Source: a virus
Length of the DNA: 36,941 nucleotides
Virus record (IMG/VR): IMGVR_UViG_3300022670_000072
Span: 1-36,941 of that record
Reading direction: 5' to 3' (one strand)
Shown here: piece after piece, positions 9,592-17,621 of the stretch
Layout: the number at the start of each line of letters is the position of its first letter
How positions within the stretch are numbered: position 1 is the first letter of the stretch
The notes under the pieces: generated by a model
What the model saw: only the letters and a program-made list of their open reading frames with translations
Told to the model about the DNA's origin: nothing
Database searches by the model: none
Position numbers and translations under genes: made by a program

Positions 9592-11798
9592 TGCCGACTA
9601 TTGAAGAGATAGACGCCGAGATAGCAAAAAGACAACGTATAGCGGATATTGATACCTTGATCGCTGAAAAACAGGGCGGTGTATCTGATGCTATATTTGA
9701 ACCTATTGGCGCAATTGGCGCTAACTTAGCTGGTTTTGTTGGCTCTGGATTGGCTGGTATCGCTGAACTAATTAGAACAGGTGATATTGAGTCTGCCGCT
9801 AATGCAGTTGAAGCAGTTCAGCAAGGTGTATCGGAACAATTCGCGCCACAAACCGAAGCAGGAAGATCGGGACTTGAAACAATTGGCGGAGCAATACAGG
9901 CTGTTGATGAAAATATTATACGCCCTGCTGTTGCGGGTACTGCTGGGCTTGCTCAACTCGCATTAAATCCAACTGACTTAGCAGGAGCTAGACAAACAGT
10001 TAGATCCGTTAGAGATGTTGGTTTAGGTAAATCAGCAGGTCAACAAGCCTTTGATGTTACTGGTAGTCCTGCCATAGCAACAGCGTTTGAAACTGCCCCC
10101 GTATTATTAGAGGAGGCAGTTGGCGGGTTATTAGGCAGAACAGCCGGAGCAGCACAAGCAGCAAAAGCACAAACAAGAACGCAGGGATCACAAAAAGCAC
10201 TAGAAGCAATCGAGCAGGCACAAACAGGTCCCGTAACCGATGCAGGACTTCAGGATATAGCAGAAACAATACAAAAAGGTACGCCTGAAGAAATAGCGGG
10301 AATTGTACAAGCCGATCCTAAATTCTTTCTTGCTGCTGATGAGTTAGGCATAAGCACAGAGCCACTTGCAGCATTTTCCAGTAAAAACCCACAGTTTAGA
10401 GATGTGTCCGGGGCATTACAAAAAGTACCGGGTAGCGTCCTCGATGTTCAAGCTCGAAATTTTATAAATGAAACTAGCCAAGTCGCTGATAATCTAATAG
10501 TTCAATATGGCGGCACACTGGACAAGGCGCAGTTAGGTTTAGACTTTAAAGCTAACTCATTAAAGACTGTCGATGATTTATTTCAACAGGCTGACGATGC
10601 TTACAGCTCATTAAGGCAGGTACTGCCAGAGGAAAGTAGATTTAACCCTGCTGCAACTGTTGAATTTTTAGAGCGATTACAGAGACAAGATAAACTATCG
10701 CCTAAATTATCTTCCATGCTAAACAAGTTAAAGCCTAGAGTTAAAACAACAAAAGGTAAGGTTACTGTTAACCCTGCAACAGGCGCAAGAACCAGTACAG
10801 GCACAACGGAAACAATAAACCCTACACTGGGCCGTATTGACTTAATCAGAAAAGAGATAGGGCAAGCGGTCGGTAAGGGTAGCGGTCAATTTAAGGATGT
10901 AGAAACAGGTTTAAACAAAGCTTTATATGCTAGGTTATCTCGCGATATGGATGACATAGCCACCACATCAGGCGGCGATGCTTTAGCTATTAGCGACACT
11001 GCAAAAGGACTAGTTAGACAACGCAAACAGGTTGAAGACAACCTTGTAACATTACTCGGTAAAGACTTAAATCAAGCGCTTAATGTTAACGTTGCTGGTG
11101 TCGTTAAGAATCTACAAAAAGGTGAGATTGATAAATTTAATCAAGTCGTCAACGCGATCCCAAAAGCAAAAAGGGGTGAGGTTGTATTGTCAGCAATGAA
11201 TGATGTATTTAAAGGTACGGGAGTTAATCAGGCTCAATTAAGCCCGACAGCGTTTACTAAATGGTATCAAACTATAAACCGATCACCCGCAGCAAGAAAA
11301 GCATTGTTTGACGTGTTACCGCCTGACAGTAAGAAAGCTATAGATAATCTTTTTGAAGTATCAAGAGGTATCAGTAGAGCGCTAGGGCAGACAACGCCAA
11401 CAGGCAGAATTAACGCCATGTTTAACCCTGAAACGGGATTCATACGCAAAATGGTAGGGGGGTCGCTTCCTCGCATGGTGGCTTTTGCCACTGGTTCACC
11501 TGTCGCGGCTTTTGCCACAGATGCAACGGCTAACTTCTTGCGTCAAACTACTGACGGAGCAAAGGCGGCATCAGACTTAATGGGTACAGCTCAGTTTCAA
11601 AATATCATAAGGCGGTCGGTTAAAGATGGGGTTATTGATGGAAATAAAGCCTCGAAACAATTATTAGAAGCAGAGTCAAAACTAATGAAGTCAAAAAGAT
11701 ACCAAAAGTGGGTTAATACATTAACCGATAACGACAGGGCTGCATTGCAAGGCGGCTTATTAGGCTATTTATTCAGCCAAGAACAGGAGCAAAACTAA
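9591..11798 (+). CDS. Large internal virion / ejection protein (putative, gp16 position)
   Basis: 735 aa and Ala/Gly/Gln-rich. It is the third of three consecutive large genes between the gp14-like gene and the tailspike, as in P22-like phages. Confidence 0.55.
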   Translation: MPTIEEIDAEIAKRQRIADIDTLIAEKQGGVSDAIFEPIGAIGANLAGFVGSGLAGIAELIRTGDIESAANAVEAVQQGVSEQFAPQTEAGRSGLETIGGAIQAVDENIIRPAVAGTAGLAQLALNPTDLAGARQTVRSVRDVGLGKSAGQQAFDVTGSPAIATAFETAPVLLEEAVGGLLGRTAGAAQAAKAQTRTQGSQKALEAIEQAQTGPVTDAGLQDIAETIQKGTPEEIAGIVQADPKFFLAADELGISTEPLAAFSSKNPQFRDVSGALQKVPGSVLDVQARNFINETSQVADNLIVQYGGTLDKAQLGLDFKANSLKTVDDLFQQADDAYSSLRQVLPEESRFNPAATVEFLERLQRQDKLSPKLSSMLNKLKPRVKTTKGKVTVNPATGARTSTGTTETINPTLGRIDLIRKEIGQAVGKGSGQFKDVETGLNKALYARLSRDMDDIATTSGGDALAISDTAKGLVRQRKQVEDNLVTLLGKDLNQALNVNVAGVVKNLQKGEIDKFNQVVNAIPKAKRGEVVLSAMNDVFKGTGVNQAQLSPTAFTKWYQTINRSPAARKALFDVLPPDSKKAIDNLFEVSRGISRALGQTTPTGRINAMFNPETGFIRKMVGGSLPRMVAFATGSPVAAFATDATANFLRQTTDGAKAASDLMGTAQFQNIIRRSVKDGVIDGNKASKQLLEAESKLMKSKRYQKWVNTLTDNDRAALQGGLLGYLFSQEQEQN

Positions 11799-14111
11799 AT
11801 GTCATTTTCGCCTATTGCGTTCATATCCCCTAATTTTAGGGATTTCAAAAACGACTATCTCAAAGCTTACGAGCCAGGAACAACCACGCCAAAAGTCATG
11901 GCTCTTGAGTCTAACGGAGGTACACAGGTTGCTAAACTTCAATTAAACGCTGATGGATTTATAATATCTGCCGGTAATGCGCTGGTAATACCTTATATTG
12001 ACGGGGCTTATGATTTATGGTTATTTCCTACCGAAGCCGAAGCAGATGCAAACGATACATCGAACGCTGAAAGATTGGCAGATAACATAATAGGTATTAG
12101 TAGTAGCTCAGTAACGACCGACTTAATCAACGACCTATCACAATCTTATGAATTCCCAACAGTCGCAGCATTTGAGATTTTCGCCACCTTATTCCCTGAC
12201 GGTAAGACAATCCACCTCAATGATCGTGATGCTGATTTTACTAAGGTTAGCGGCACAACGCCAGGTAATGGAATCATAGTTAGCACATCAGTTAACCAAA
12301 GCATAGAGTTAATAACTAACGGTGTTGTTAATGTAAGGGCTGTAGGTGTTGTAACTACTGACACACCTATACAGCAGCACACGAAGTTTTTAGAAGCTAT
12401 CGCCTTACTTCCTGCCAGTGGTGGTAAGTTTGTTATTCCTTATAATACTTATTCTATTGACATAGCAACGGGTAATTGTAATTTAGATTTTGACGGTAAA
12501 TCAAATGTAATACTTGACGGTAATAACGCCAAGATTAATTGGATTAACGCGCAGATTGGCGGCACTCATACAGGCGGTAGATTTAAAACCGAAGACGGAA
12601 TGAAAGCTGTTAGCCCGTTACATATTGACGGAGGCATAACGACTTTAACCATGGCACAAGCTTTATCATTCTATGATGTAGTATTAGGTACTTATGCAAA
12701 TGGTATTCAGCGTGGTTTCTACATTCAATCTGATACTGGTGTTGATTTAAGTAAATGTTCAGCTAAGCATTTTAGACATTTTGGTATAGATTTCACCGGC
12801 ACCACAGACCCAACACAAAGCGTTGATATTGTACTTAATGATTTTCTAGTCGAAGATTGTTTTGCTTATACAAACACGCTTGCGGCAATTGTTCGCGCAA
12901 GGTCTTTATCGTTAAAAGGTTTTACCTCGAGAAACACCGCAGCCAGTGAAATGACAGGATTTGTCGGAGGTTTACGCTTAGAGCCAGCAACAACCAACGG
13001 TCAAGATTTAAACAGCATAATTATAGATGGTGTAATCAGTGAAGGTTGCGAGTTACAAGTAATAACCACTGAAGAAGACCTTACTGTTAATGCAATTATT
13101 ACTAACCTAACATCTAGCGATCCAGATAGCACAGGCTCAACTTTTGGATTATTTACAAGGGGGCTAGCGGGGCTAGTTAGCAATGTTCGCATCGCCTCTG
13201 GTGGTCGCTTTTTACTTAACGCGCCTGATAATAAAGATGCAGGAACGGAAAACACCCAAACGAATAATTACAGAATGGATTTTACTAACATTCAGGTATC
13301 CGGTGAAAACACCAGTAAAAACCTAATACTAGATGCTGATTTTAGAACTCTTGATAGCTGGACTGTATCAAAAACTCAAGGTGCAGAAACGGCAACATTA
13401 AGCCCTACTGCCATTAACGGTGAGAACATATTGGTAATTGATATCAATACTATCGGCAGTGGTACTGGTATTGCTGTATTCCAAGAAGTCCCAAACATAA
13501 AGCCTAACACCCTTTACACGTTTGGTGTCTGGGCTAAATCTTCCGGCGAGTCTGCACCAGGCAACCCGTCAAACTTTCAATATGTAGTTGATTTTAGAAG
13601 TGGAAGCACAAGTATTGAATCGTGGCTGTATCAGATACCTCGCGTTGGCGATGACGTTTATGACAAATTACTAGCTTGCATCAAGTCACCTGCTGGCTGT
13701 GATAACGTTAGAATTCTACAGAGATTTGAGGGGAGCGGCGGCGCTAACGGTGTAGGTTTTGTTGATGGTATATTCTTATACGAAGGTGTTAGCAAGGATT
13801 ATTTCAGTGTTGATGTAACTCCTGTTATAACAAAGATACTTGATGAGAAAATAATAACAGATACGCAGCCAATCAATATCGCTAACGTACCGGCTAATGA
13901 CTCAGTGGTAATTGTTAGAACTTTAATGGGTGCTGTGCCAGGTGATAACGTAGTAGTAACTAAACCCAATGAAGCCAGTCATGCTAAAATATCATATGGA
14001 GCGGTGGTTACAGCGAATGATACAATTGATTTATTCGCTTATAATTGCACACTAAGTGATATTAACCCCACTTCTGCTACAACATTTAGCTTTACCATAA
14101 TCAAGCACTAA
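11799..14111 (+). CDS. Tailspike / tail fibre with a beta-helix and a C-terminal carbohydrate-binding-like module
   Basis: 770 aa. The N-terminus YLKAYEPGTTTPKVMALESNGG...IPYIDGAYDLWLFPTEAEA resembles a particle-binding domain. The middle looks like a parallel beta-helix. The segment NLILDADFRTLDSWTV...LYTFGVWAKSSG (about nt 13320..13800) resembles CBM4/9-type sugar-binding modules. Confidence 0.75.
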   Translation: MSFSPIAFISPNFRDFKNDYLKAYEPGTTTPKVMALESNGGTQVAKLQLNADGFIISAGNALVIPYIDGAYDLWLFPTEAEADANDTSNAERLADNIIGISSSSVTTDLINDLSQSYEFPTVAAFEIFATLFPDGKTIHLNDRDADFTKVSGTTPGNGIIVSTSVNQSIELITNGVVNVRAVGVVTTDTPIQQHTKFLEAIALLPASGGKFVIPYNTYSIDIATGNCNLDFDGKSNVILDGNNAKINWINAQIGGTHTGGRFKTEDGMKAVSPLHIDGGITTLTMAQALSFYDVVLGTYANGIQRGFYIQSDTGVDLSKCSAKHFRHFGIDFTGTTDPTQSVDIVLNDFLVEDCFAYTNTLAAIVRARSLSLKGFTSRNTAASEMTGFVGGLRLEPATTNGQDLNSIIIDGVISEGCELQVITTEEDLTVNAIITNLTSSDPDSTGSTFGLFTRGLAGLVSNVRIASGGRFLLNAPDNKDAGTENTQTNNYRMDFTNIQVSGENTSKNLILDADFRTLDSWTVSKTQGAETATLSPTAINGENILVIDINTIGSGTGIAVFQEVPNIKPNTLYTFGVWAKSSGESAPGNPSNFQYVVDFRSGSTSIESWLYQIPRVGDDVYDKLLACIKSPAGCDNVRILQRFEGSGGANGVGFVDGIFLYEGVSKDYFSVDVTPVITKILDEKIITDTQPINIANVPANDSVVIVRTLMGAVPGDNVVVTKPNEASHAKISYGAVVTANDTIDLFAYNCTLSDINPTSATTFSFTIIKH

Positions 14112-14113
14112 CC

Positions 14114-14145
14114 AAAAGGGCAGCTATCAACTGCCCTTACTTATT
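14114..14145. terminator. Bidirectional intrinsic terminator between convergent operons
   Basis: AAAA-GGGCAG-ctatcaa-CTGCCC-TTACTTATT. The 6-bp GC stem is flanked by an A-run and T-rich sequence. Confidence 0.6.
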
Positions 14146-14218
14146 CGAAAGGTAACGGTATAAACCCGTTACTTTCTTCTTCGAATGCGTATCTGTCGTA
14201 CTCTTCTTTATCATCCAT
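14141..14218 (-). CDS. Tiny acidic ORF (25 aa), speculative
   Basis: ATG 14218 overlaps the NinG stop (ATGGATGA). Translation is MDDKEEYDRYAFEEESNGFIPLPFE. It ends at the terminator hairpin. Confidence 0.25.
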   Translation of the reverse strand: MDDKEEYDRYAFEEESNGFIPLPFE

Positions 14219-14741
14219 TAGTCAACTCCTTTAGTTTTCGTTTATATAATAATTCAATTTCTTTGAGCTCAGCACAGGTGTATTTTTTAGGCTTGTGCGG
14301 CCCCTCTAAATATTTCATTCTAACCAGTCCTAGTTTTTCAATTAAAGCAGGACGGTAATTACTGATATTACCAGAGAGATGATTATTACAAGGCGCGCAC
14401 TGTTTGTGGCAGTTGAGTTCCTCGAATCTAAGTTCAGGGTGCGCCCCACGGCTTCTATAATGCCCAGCATGATATTGCCCAGTATGATGACGACCGCAAC
14501 TAATACAAGGTAGGCTACAATCACGCTTTCTAATGAACGCATTAAAAGCAGCTTGAGCTTGTTTTTCTCGAAGTGATTTATCATTATCTTTCATCTTCCT
14601 TTTTTTGACTGCGTGAACCTTATCGGCTTTCGACTCCCTTTCGATCTTTGCATGCTCAGCTAAGCAAGCCGGATTAAAGCAAGCCTTTTGCAGAAAGTAT
14701 CTAGGCTCGAATTTATCGCGGCATATTTTACATTTAGCCAT
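14211..14741 (-). CDS. ninG: NinG/Rap family recombination endonuclease
   Basis: 176 aa. MAKCKICRDKFEPR...CISCGR...YHAGHYRSRGAHPELRFEELNCHKQCAPCNNHLSGN is the typical lambda NinG (Rap) Cys/His pattern. Confidence 0.85.
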   Translation of the reverse strand: MAKCKICRDKFEPRYFLQKACFNPACLAEHAKIERESKADKVHAVKKRKMKDNDKSLREKQAQAAFNAFIRKRDCSLPCISCGRHHTGQYHAGHYRSRGAHPELRFEELNCHKQCAPCNNHLSGNISNYRPALIEKLGLVRMKYLEGPHKPKKYTCAELKEIELLYKRKLKELTNG

Positions 14742-14853
14742 ATTGAAACGCCCTCACTATATAACTAATACTCAAAGCCATCGGCATACTTAAAACTATA
14801 CCGAAGCCAACGAATAACAACCATTGCCTTGTGCCTTCAGGTAGGTTAATCAT
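14734..14853 (-). CDS. Small membrane peptide (39 aa)
   Basis: MINLPEGTRQWLLFVGFGIVLSMPMALSISYIVRAFQYG. Its ATG overlaps the upstream stop (ATGA) and its TAA overlaps the ninG ATG. Confidence 0.4.
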   Translation of the reverse strand: MINLPEGTRQWLLFVGFGIVLSMPMALSISYIVRAFQYG

Positions 14854-14999
14854 CTTAATTCTGCCGTAGCGTACCAACCAACATTAAAGGCACCTTCACA
14901 TTCAGGGCAGTCAATTTCTACACTATCACAAGAGAAATCATCTAAATCAAAATCATCTAAATCAATATTCTTTTCACAATGTGGGCAATCAATATTCAT
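14850..14999 (-). CDS. Zinc-ribbon protein (49 aa)
   Basis: MNIDCPHCEKNIDLDDFDLDDFSCDSVEIDCPECEGAFNVGWYATAELR carries CPHC...CPEC knuckles. It is translationally coupled to the next ORF. Confidence 0.5.
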   Translation of the reverse strand: MNIDCPHCEKNIDLDDFDLDDFSCDSVEIDCPECEGAFNVGWYATAELR

Positions 15000-15023
15000 A
15001 TCAATAATCCTTATATATACTTG

Positions 15024-15356
15024 TTAATTACCGTAGTTAGCAAATTCTTTCCGCTTACTTGCTTCATGAGTTCGATAAATGCCAATTCTTTCCTCAGCTA
15101 TTTTCATTTGCCATCTAAACTTTTCGCTTTTTTCTGTGGCGGCTTTAAGTGCCAACAGTAAATCCAAATAATCTTGGTGTGCATAAGCATAGCTTTCTCG
15201 CTCCTGCCCTGTTTTAAAGCCCTCAACGCGAGCTTCATTCATTAGAATAGCTTTCTTTGACTTGCGGTACTCTGTCAAGTAAATAACATCAGCGCGACTC
15301 TTGGCGGCATCATCAATACAAGCTCGCCAGTCTGAGAATAGTTGCTCAACGTTCAT
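15024..15356 (-). CDS. Hypothetical protein
   Basis: 110-aa ORF on the leftward early operon strand, with an ATGA-type junction to the upstream ORF. Confidence 0.6.
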   Translation of the reverse strand: MNVEQLFSDWRACIDDAAKSRADVIYLTEYRKSKKAILMNEARVEGFKTGQERESYAYAHQDYLDLLLALKAATEKSEKFRWQMKIAEERIGIYRTHEASKRKEFANYGN

Positions 15357-15608
15357 TTTATTTCGTACCTCAATAGCGCAGATTTTAACGGCTCTAATTG
15401 CTCCGTTGCTGCATTTTTAATTATTTCGTACTTTGCTGTTTTGTATGCTTCGAATGCTAACTCTGCCGTATCGAATGAGCCAAGAAATACTTGCTTTCCA
15501 TCTTTCATAATAAGGACACGAAACCCTTTTATCATTGACATATAAGCTTACATTATATGATGCGTCATTTACTCCGACACCATATACCTTTCTATCACTT
15601 CGCATCAC
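15353..15608 (-). pseudogene. Frameshifted, internally deleted relic of the AP2/HNH-family gene (paralogue of 22798..23397). The AP2-like 62-aa part may still be translated.
   Basis: Frame A (15417..15608) gives RKVYGVGVNDASYNV...VSCPYYERWK, which aligns to the N-terminus of the 199-aa protein. Frame B (15353..15541) gives KDGKQVFLGSFDTAELAFEAY...EQLEPLKSALLRYEIK, which aligns to its C-terminus. About 90 central residues are missing and the two parts are out of frame. Confidence 0.55.
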
Positions 15609-15738
15609 TAAGCCCTTTTAAATACTCCTGATAATCAGGCTTGAGCTTTTTAGCTGCTGCCATATCCTTTTTAGCATCACCGCAAGGGGTAACGCCGTGC
15701 CGCTCTAATAATTCGCGTATCGCCCTTGTAGTGCTCAT
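15595..15738 (-). CDS. Small hypothetical protein (47 aa)
   Basis: MSTTRAIRELLERHGVTPCGDAKKDMAAAKKLKPDYQEYLKGLSDAK. It fills the gap between the 116-aa ORF and the relic. Confidence 0.4.
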   Translation of the reverse strand: MSTTRAIRELLERHGVTPCGDAKKDMAAAKKLKPDYQEYLKGLSDAK

Positions 15739-15740
15739 GG

Positions 15741-16091
15741 TTAATCCTTTTTAGCATCTTTATTTTTAATTGCTTGTTCGATTGCTTCGCTAAAGCCATA
15801 GCCACCGTTGTAATATTTAACTTCAAATAAAATAGACCCTGACAAATCTGGGCTCAATGTCGCTTTAAAGATATCATCAGTTTCATCAATAAAGTCTTTT
15901 TCAACAGTAAATACCATACCGTCAATTATTACCGCTGCTTCATAGTAATGATCTTCAAAATACTCTTCAGGATCTTCATAAGAACAGCCCTCTTCAAGCA
16001 AAACATTACCTATGAATTGCTCAGTTGTTTTTCCAGTTGGCGTTAACTTGCCTCTGTAGTGATCAGTTTGACTCATTTTCATTCTCTCCAT
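15741..16091 (-). CDS. Hypothetical acidic protein
   Basis: 116-aa ORF. The likelier start is the internal ATG (MSQTD...), which follows GGAGAG. Confidence 0.6.
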   Translation of the reverse strand: MERMKMSQTDHYRGKLTPTGKTTEQFIGNVLLEEGCSYEDPEEYFEDHYYEAAVIIDGMVFTVEKDFIDETDDIFKATLSPDLSGSILFEVKYYNGGYGFSEAIEQAIKNKDAKKD

Positions 16092-16143
16092 TAATTAAGT
16101 AACTAAACTATAACCTATAAACCTTGAAACACTGCTCCGACCA

Positions 16144-16449
16144 CTACCCCTTAACCTTTTGGAAAAACACGAACTCGTTACCGCATTTTTTCTCATGAAC
16201 CTTTCTGATTTTACCGACACTTTTTAAATATGTCCCAATATCACTAATAGTGTTAATTGAAAACCCGGTGAGCTTCTCCATCTCACTTCGTCCGACTAAT
16301 CCGTCAAATGTAAGAAAACTTAAAAATTTATTCAGCGCGTTATCGCTTGGCTTTTTTGGATTCTTTGTAGTCGAAACCTTTTTAACTTTGACTTTCTTTT
16401 CTGCGAAAAATGCAGGGTTTATAATTTTTAATGATTGAATGTTTAACAT
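16144..16449 (-). CDS. Putative winged-helix DNA-binding protein
   Basis: 101 aa with a basic N-terminus, followed by ...LVGRSEMEKLTGFSINTISDIGTYLKSVGKIRKV, which looks like an HTH plus wing. Confidence 0.5.
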   Translation of the reverse strand: MLNIQSLKIINPAFFAEKKVKVKKVSTTKNPKKPSDNALNKFLSFLTFDGLVGRSEMEKLTGFSINTISDIGTYLKSVGKIRKVHEKKCGNEFVFFQKVKG

Positions 16450-16451
16450 GA

Positions 16452-16649
16452 TTATTTCCTTTTCTTAACGCGTAATTTTTTAGCTTCGACAATTGACTCG
16501 CTGACTAATTTACTAGCCTTGGTGGACTGCCCGTTTTTATACTCCTGCAAAGCACTGATAGCGGCATTTTTTGATATAAGCTCATCACAACCAGCAGCCT
16601 TGCAGCCCTTGTAAACTGAATTCCATACAAAATCATTTGGCGAGGTCAT
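16452..16649 (-). CDS. Hypothetical protein
   Basis: 65-aa ORF packed tightly in the operon. Confidence 0.5.
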   Translation of the reverse strand: MTSPNDFVWNSVYKGCKAAGCDELISKNAAISALQEYKNGQSTKASKLVSESIVEAKKLRVKKRK

Positions 16650-16918
16650 AGCCTTTGCTCCATATTATAATTTAGTAAAGATTTTAGATTGCTTTCGCAT
16701 GAGTTACCAGTGTAATGAGCTAAGCCAGCATCTTTACCAGATTTATAACCGGCATAGAATGCGCGCTCAATCTTGTTTTCCATTTCTAGCATGGCCTTGT
16801 CATAGCCATCATCAAACCTGTCATCGTGCTGCTCAGATTCTTCTAATGATTGCTCAAGCTCTTCGACTTCATTTTTCAACTCTTCGATGCGTTCTTTTAA
16901 TTCATCAACTTCATTCAT
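16646..16918 (-). CDS. Hypothetical protein with an acidic coiled-coil N-terminus
   Basis: 90 aa starting MNEVDELKERIEELKNEVEELEQSLEESEQ. Its stop overlaps the next start. Confidence 0.55.
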   Translation of the reverse strand: MNEVDELKERIEELKNEVEELEQSLEESEQHDDRFDDGYDKAMLEMENKIERAFYAGYKSGKDAGLAHYTGNSCESNLKSLLNYNMEQRL

Positions 16919-17085
16919 GACAAATCTTCCCTTGTTAATTTAAAGTGCTTAGCTAGTGCTATAACATCATTCTTATTTAATGCTATCCAAGCTACACCGT
17001 TAGTGTCCAATGCTACAGCAACAGAATTAGCGCTTAGCACTTTAGGTTCGTACATGTCGCTAAATTCATAACCTTCAATACTCAT
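16915..17085 (-). CDS. Small hypothetical protein (56 aa)
   Basis: A strong TAAGGAGG site lies 6 nt before ATG 17085. Translation starts MSIEGYEFSDMYEPKVLSANSVAVALDTNGVAWIALNKND... The stop overlaps the next ATG (ATGA). Confidence 0.55.
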   Translation of the reverse strand: MSIEGYEFSDMYEPKVLSANSVAVALDTNGVAWIALNKNDVIALAKHFKLTREDLS

Positions 17086-17111
17086 TTTATCGCCTCCTTA
17101 GTAACTATGTG

Positions 17112-17309
17112 TTATTTAATTCGGCTAATCTCTTTATCAAGAGTGGAGTTGATTTGGTGCTTAGCCTCTTTATAGTCCATAGGCACGTACTTTATTAAAT
17201 GAGTTATCACTTCTATCAAGCCCATACCTTTCGGCATTGTCATATCTAATGAAGTTCCAGATTCGCACTTTAGCTTTACTGGTAAGTTAGTTCTTAATAC
17301 TGTTTTCAT
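17112..17309 (-). CDS. Hypothetical protein
   Basis: 65-aa ORF on the operon strand. Confidence 0.5.
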   Translation of the reverse strand: MKTVLRTNLPVKLKCESGTSLDMTMPKGMGLIEVITHLIKYVPMDYKEAKHQINSTLDKEISRIK

Positions 17310-17341
17310 AATTTATATCTCTCTATAGTTGCTATTGGTTG

Positions 17342-17605
17342 TTAAATACCTTTAGATGCTCGCCATCCTAGCCACATTGAACTAACAATATCGACGGGGG
17401 ATAACAAATCAAATCTAGCATTTAAGTACTTTCTATCAATTAGTGTTTCATCAGAATCAGGGATTGATTTATACCATTCACAAAACAAATCAAACTGCTC
17501 TTGCAATTCCGCCTCATGCGCAAAACCCGCTTCCATTTGATCCTGCATTTTACTTTCCATATATTCCATAATATATCTCTCTGTTAGGCAACTATTGCAG
17601 TGCAA
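17342..17605 (-). CDS. Hypothetical protein
   Basis: 87-aa ORF. The internal ATG (MEYMESK...) is a more plausible start. Confidence 0.5.
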   Translation of the reverse strand: MHCNSCLTERYIMEYMESKMQDQMEAGFAHEAELQEQFDLFCEWYKSIPDSDETLIDRKYLNARFDLLSPVDIVSSMWLGWRASKGI

Positions 17606-17621
17606 CAGTTGCCATTAATGG

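Noticed and set aside
14979-15545. Plus-strand ORFs 14979..15161 and 15342..15545, and the minus-strand ORF 14342..14584 in an alternative frame of ninG.
   Set aside because: These are hydrophobic, low-complexity shadow ORFs within the leftward operon. The ninG frame is unambiguous from its Cys/His motifs.
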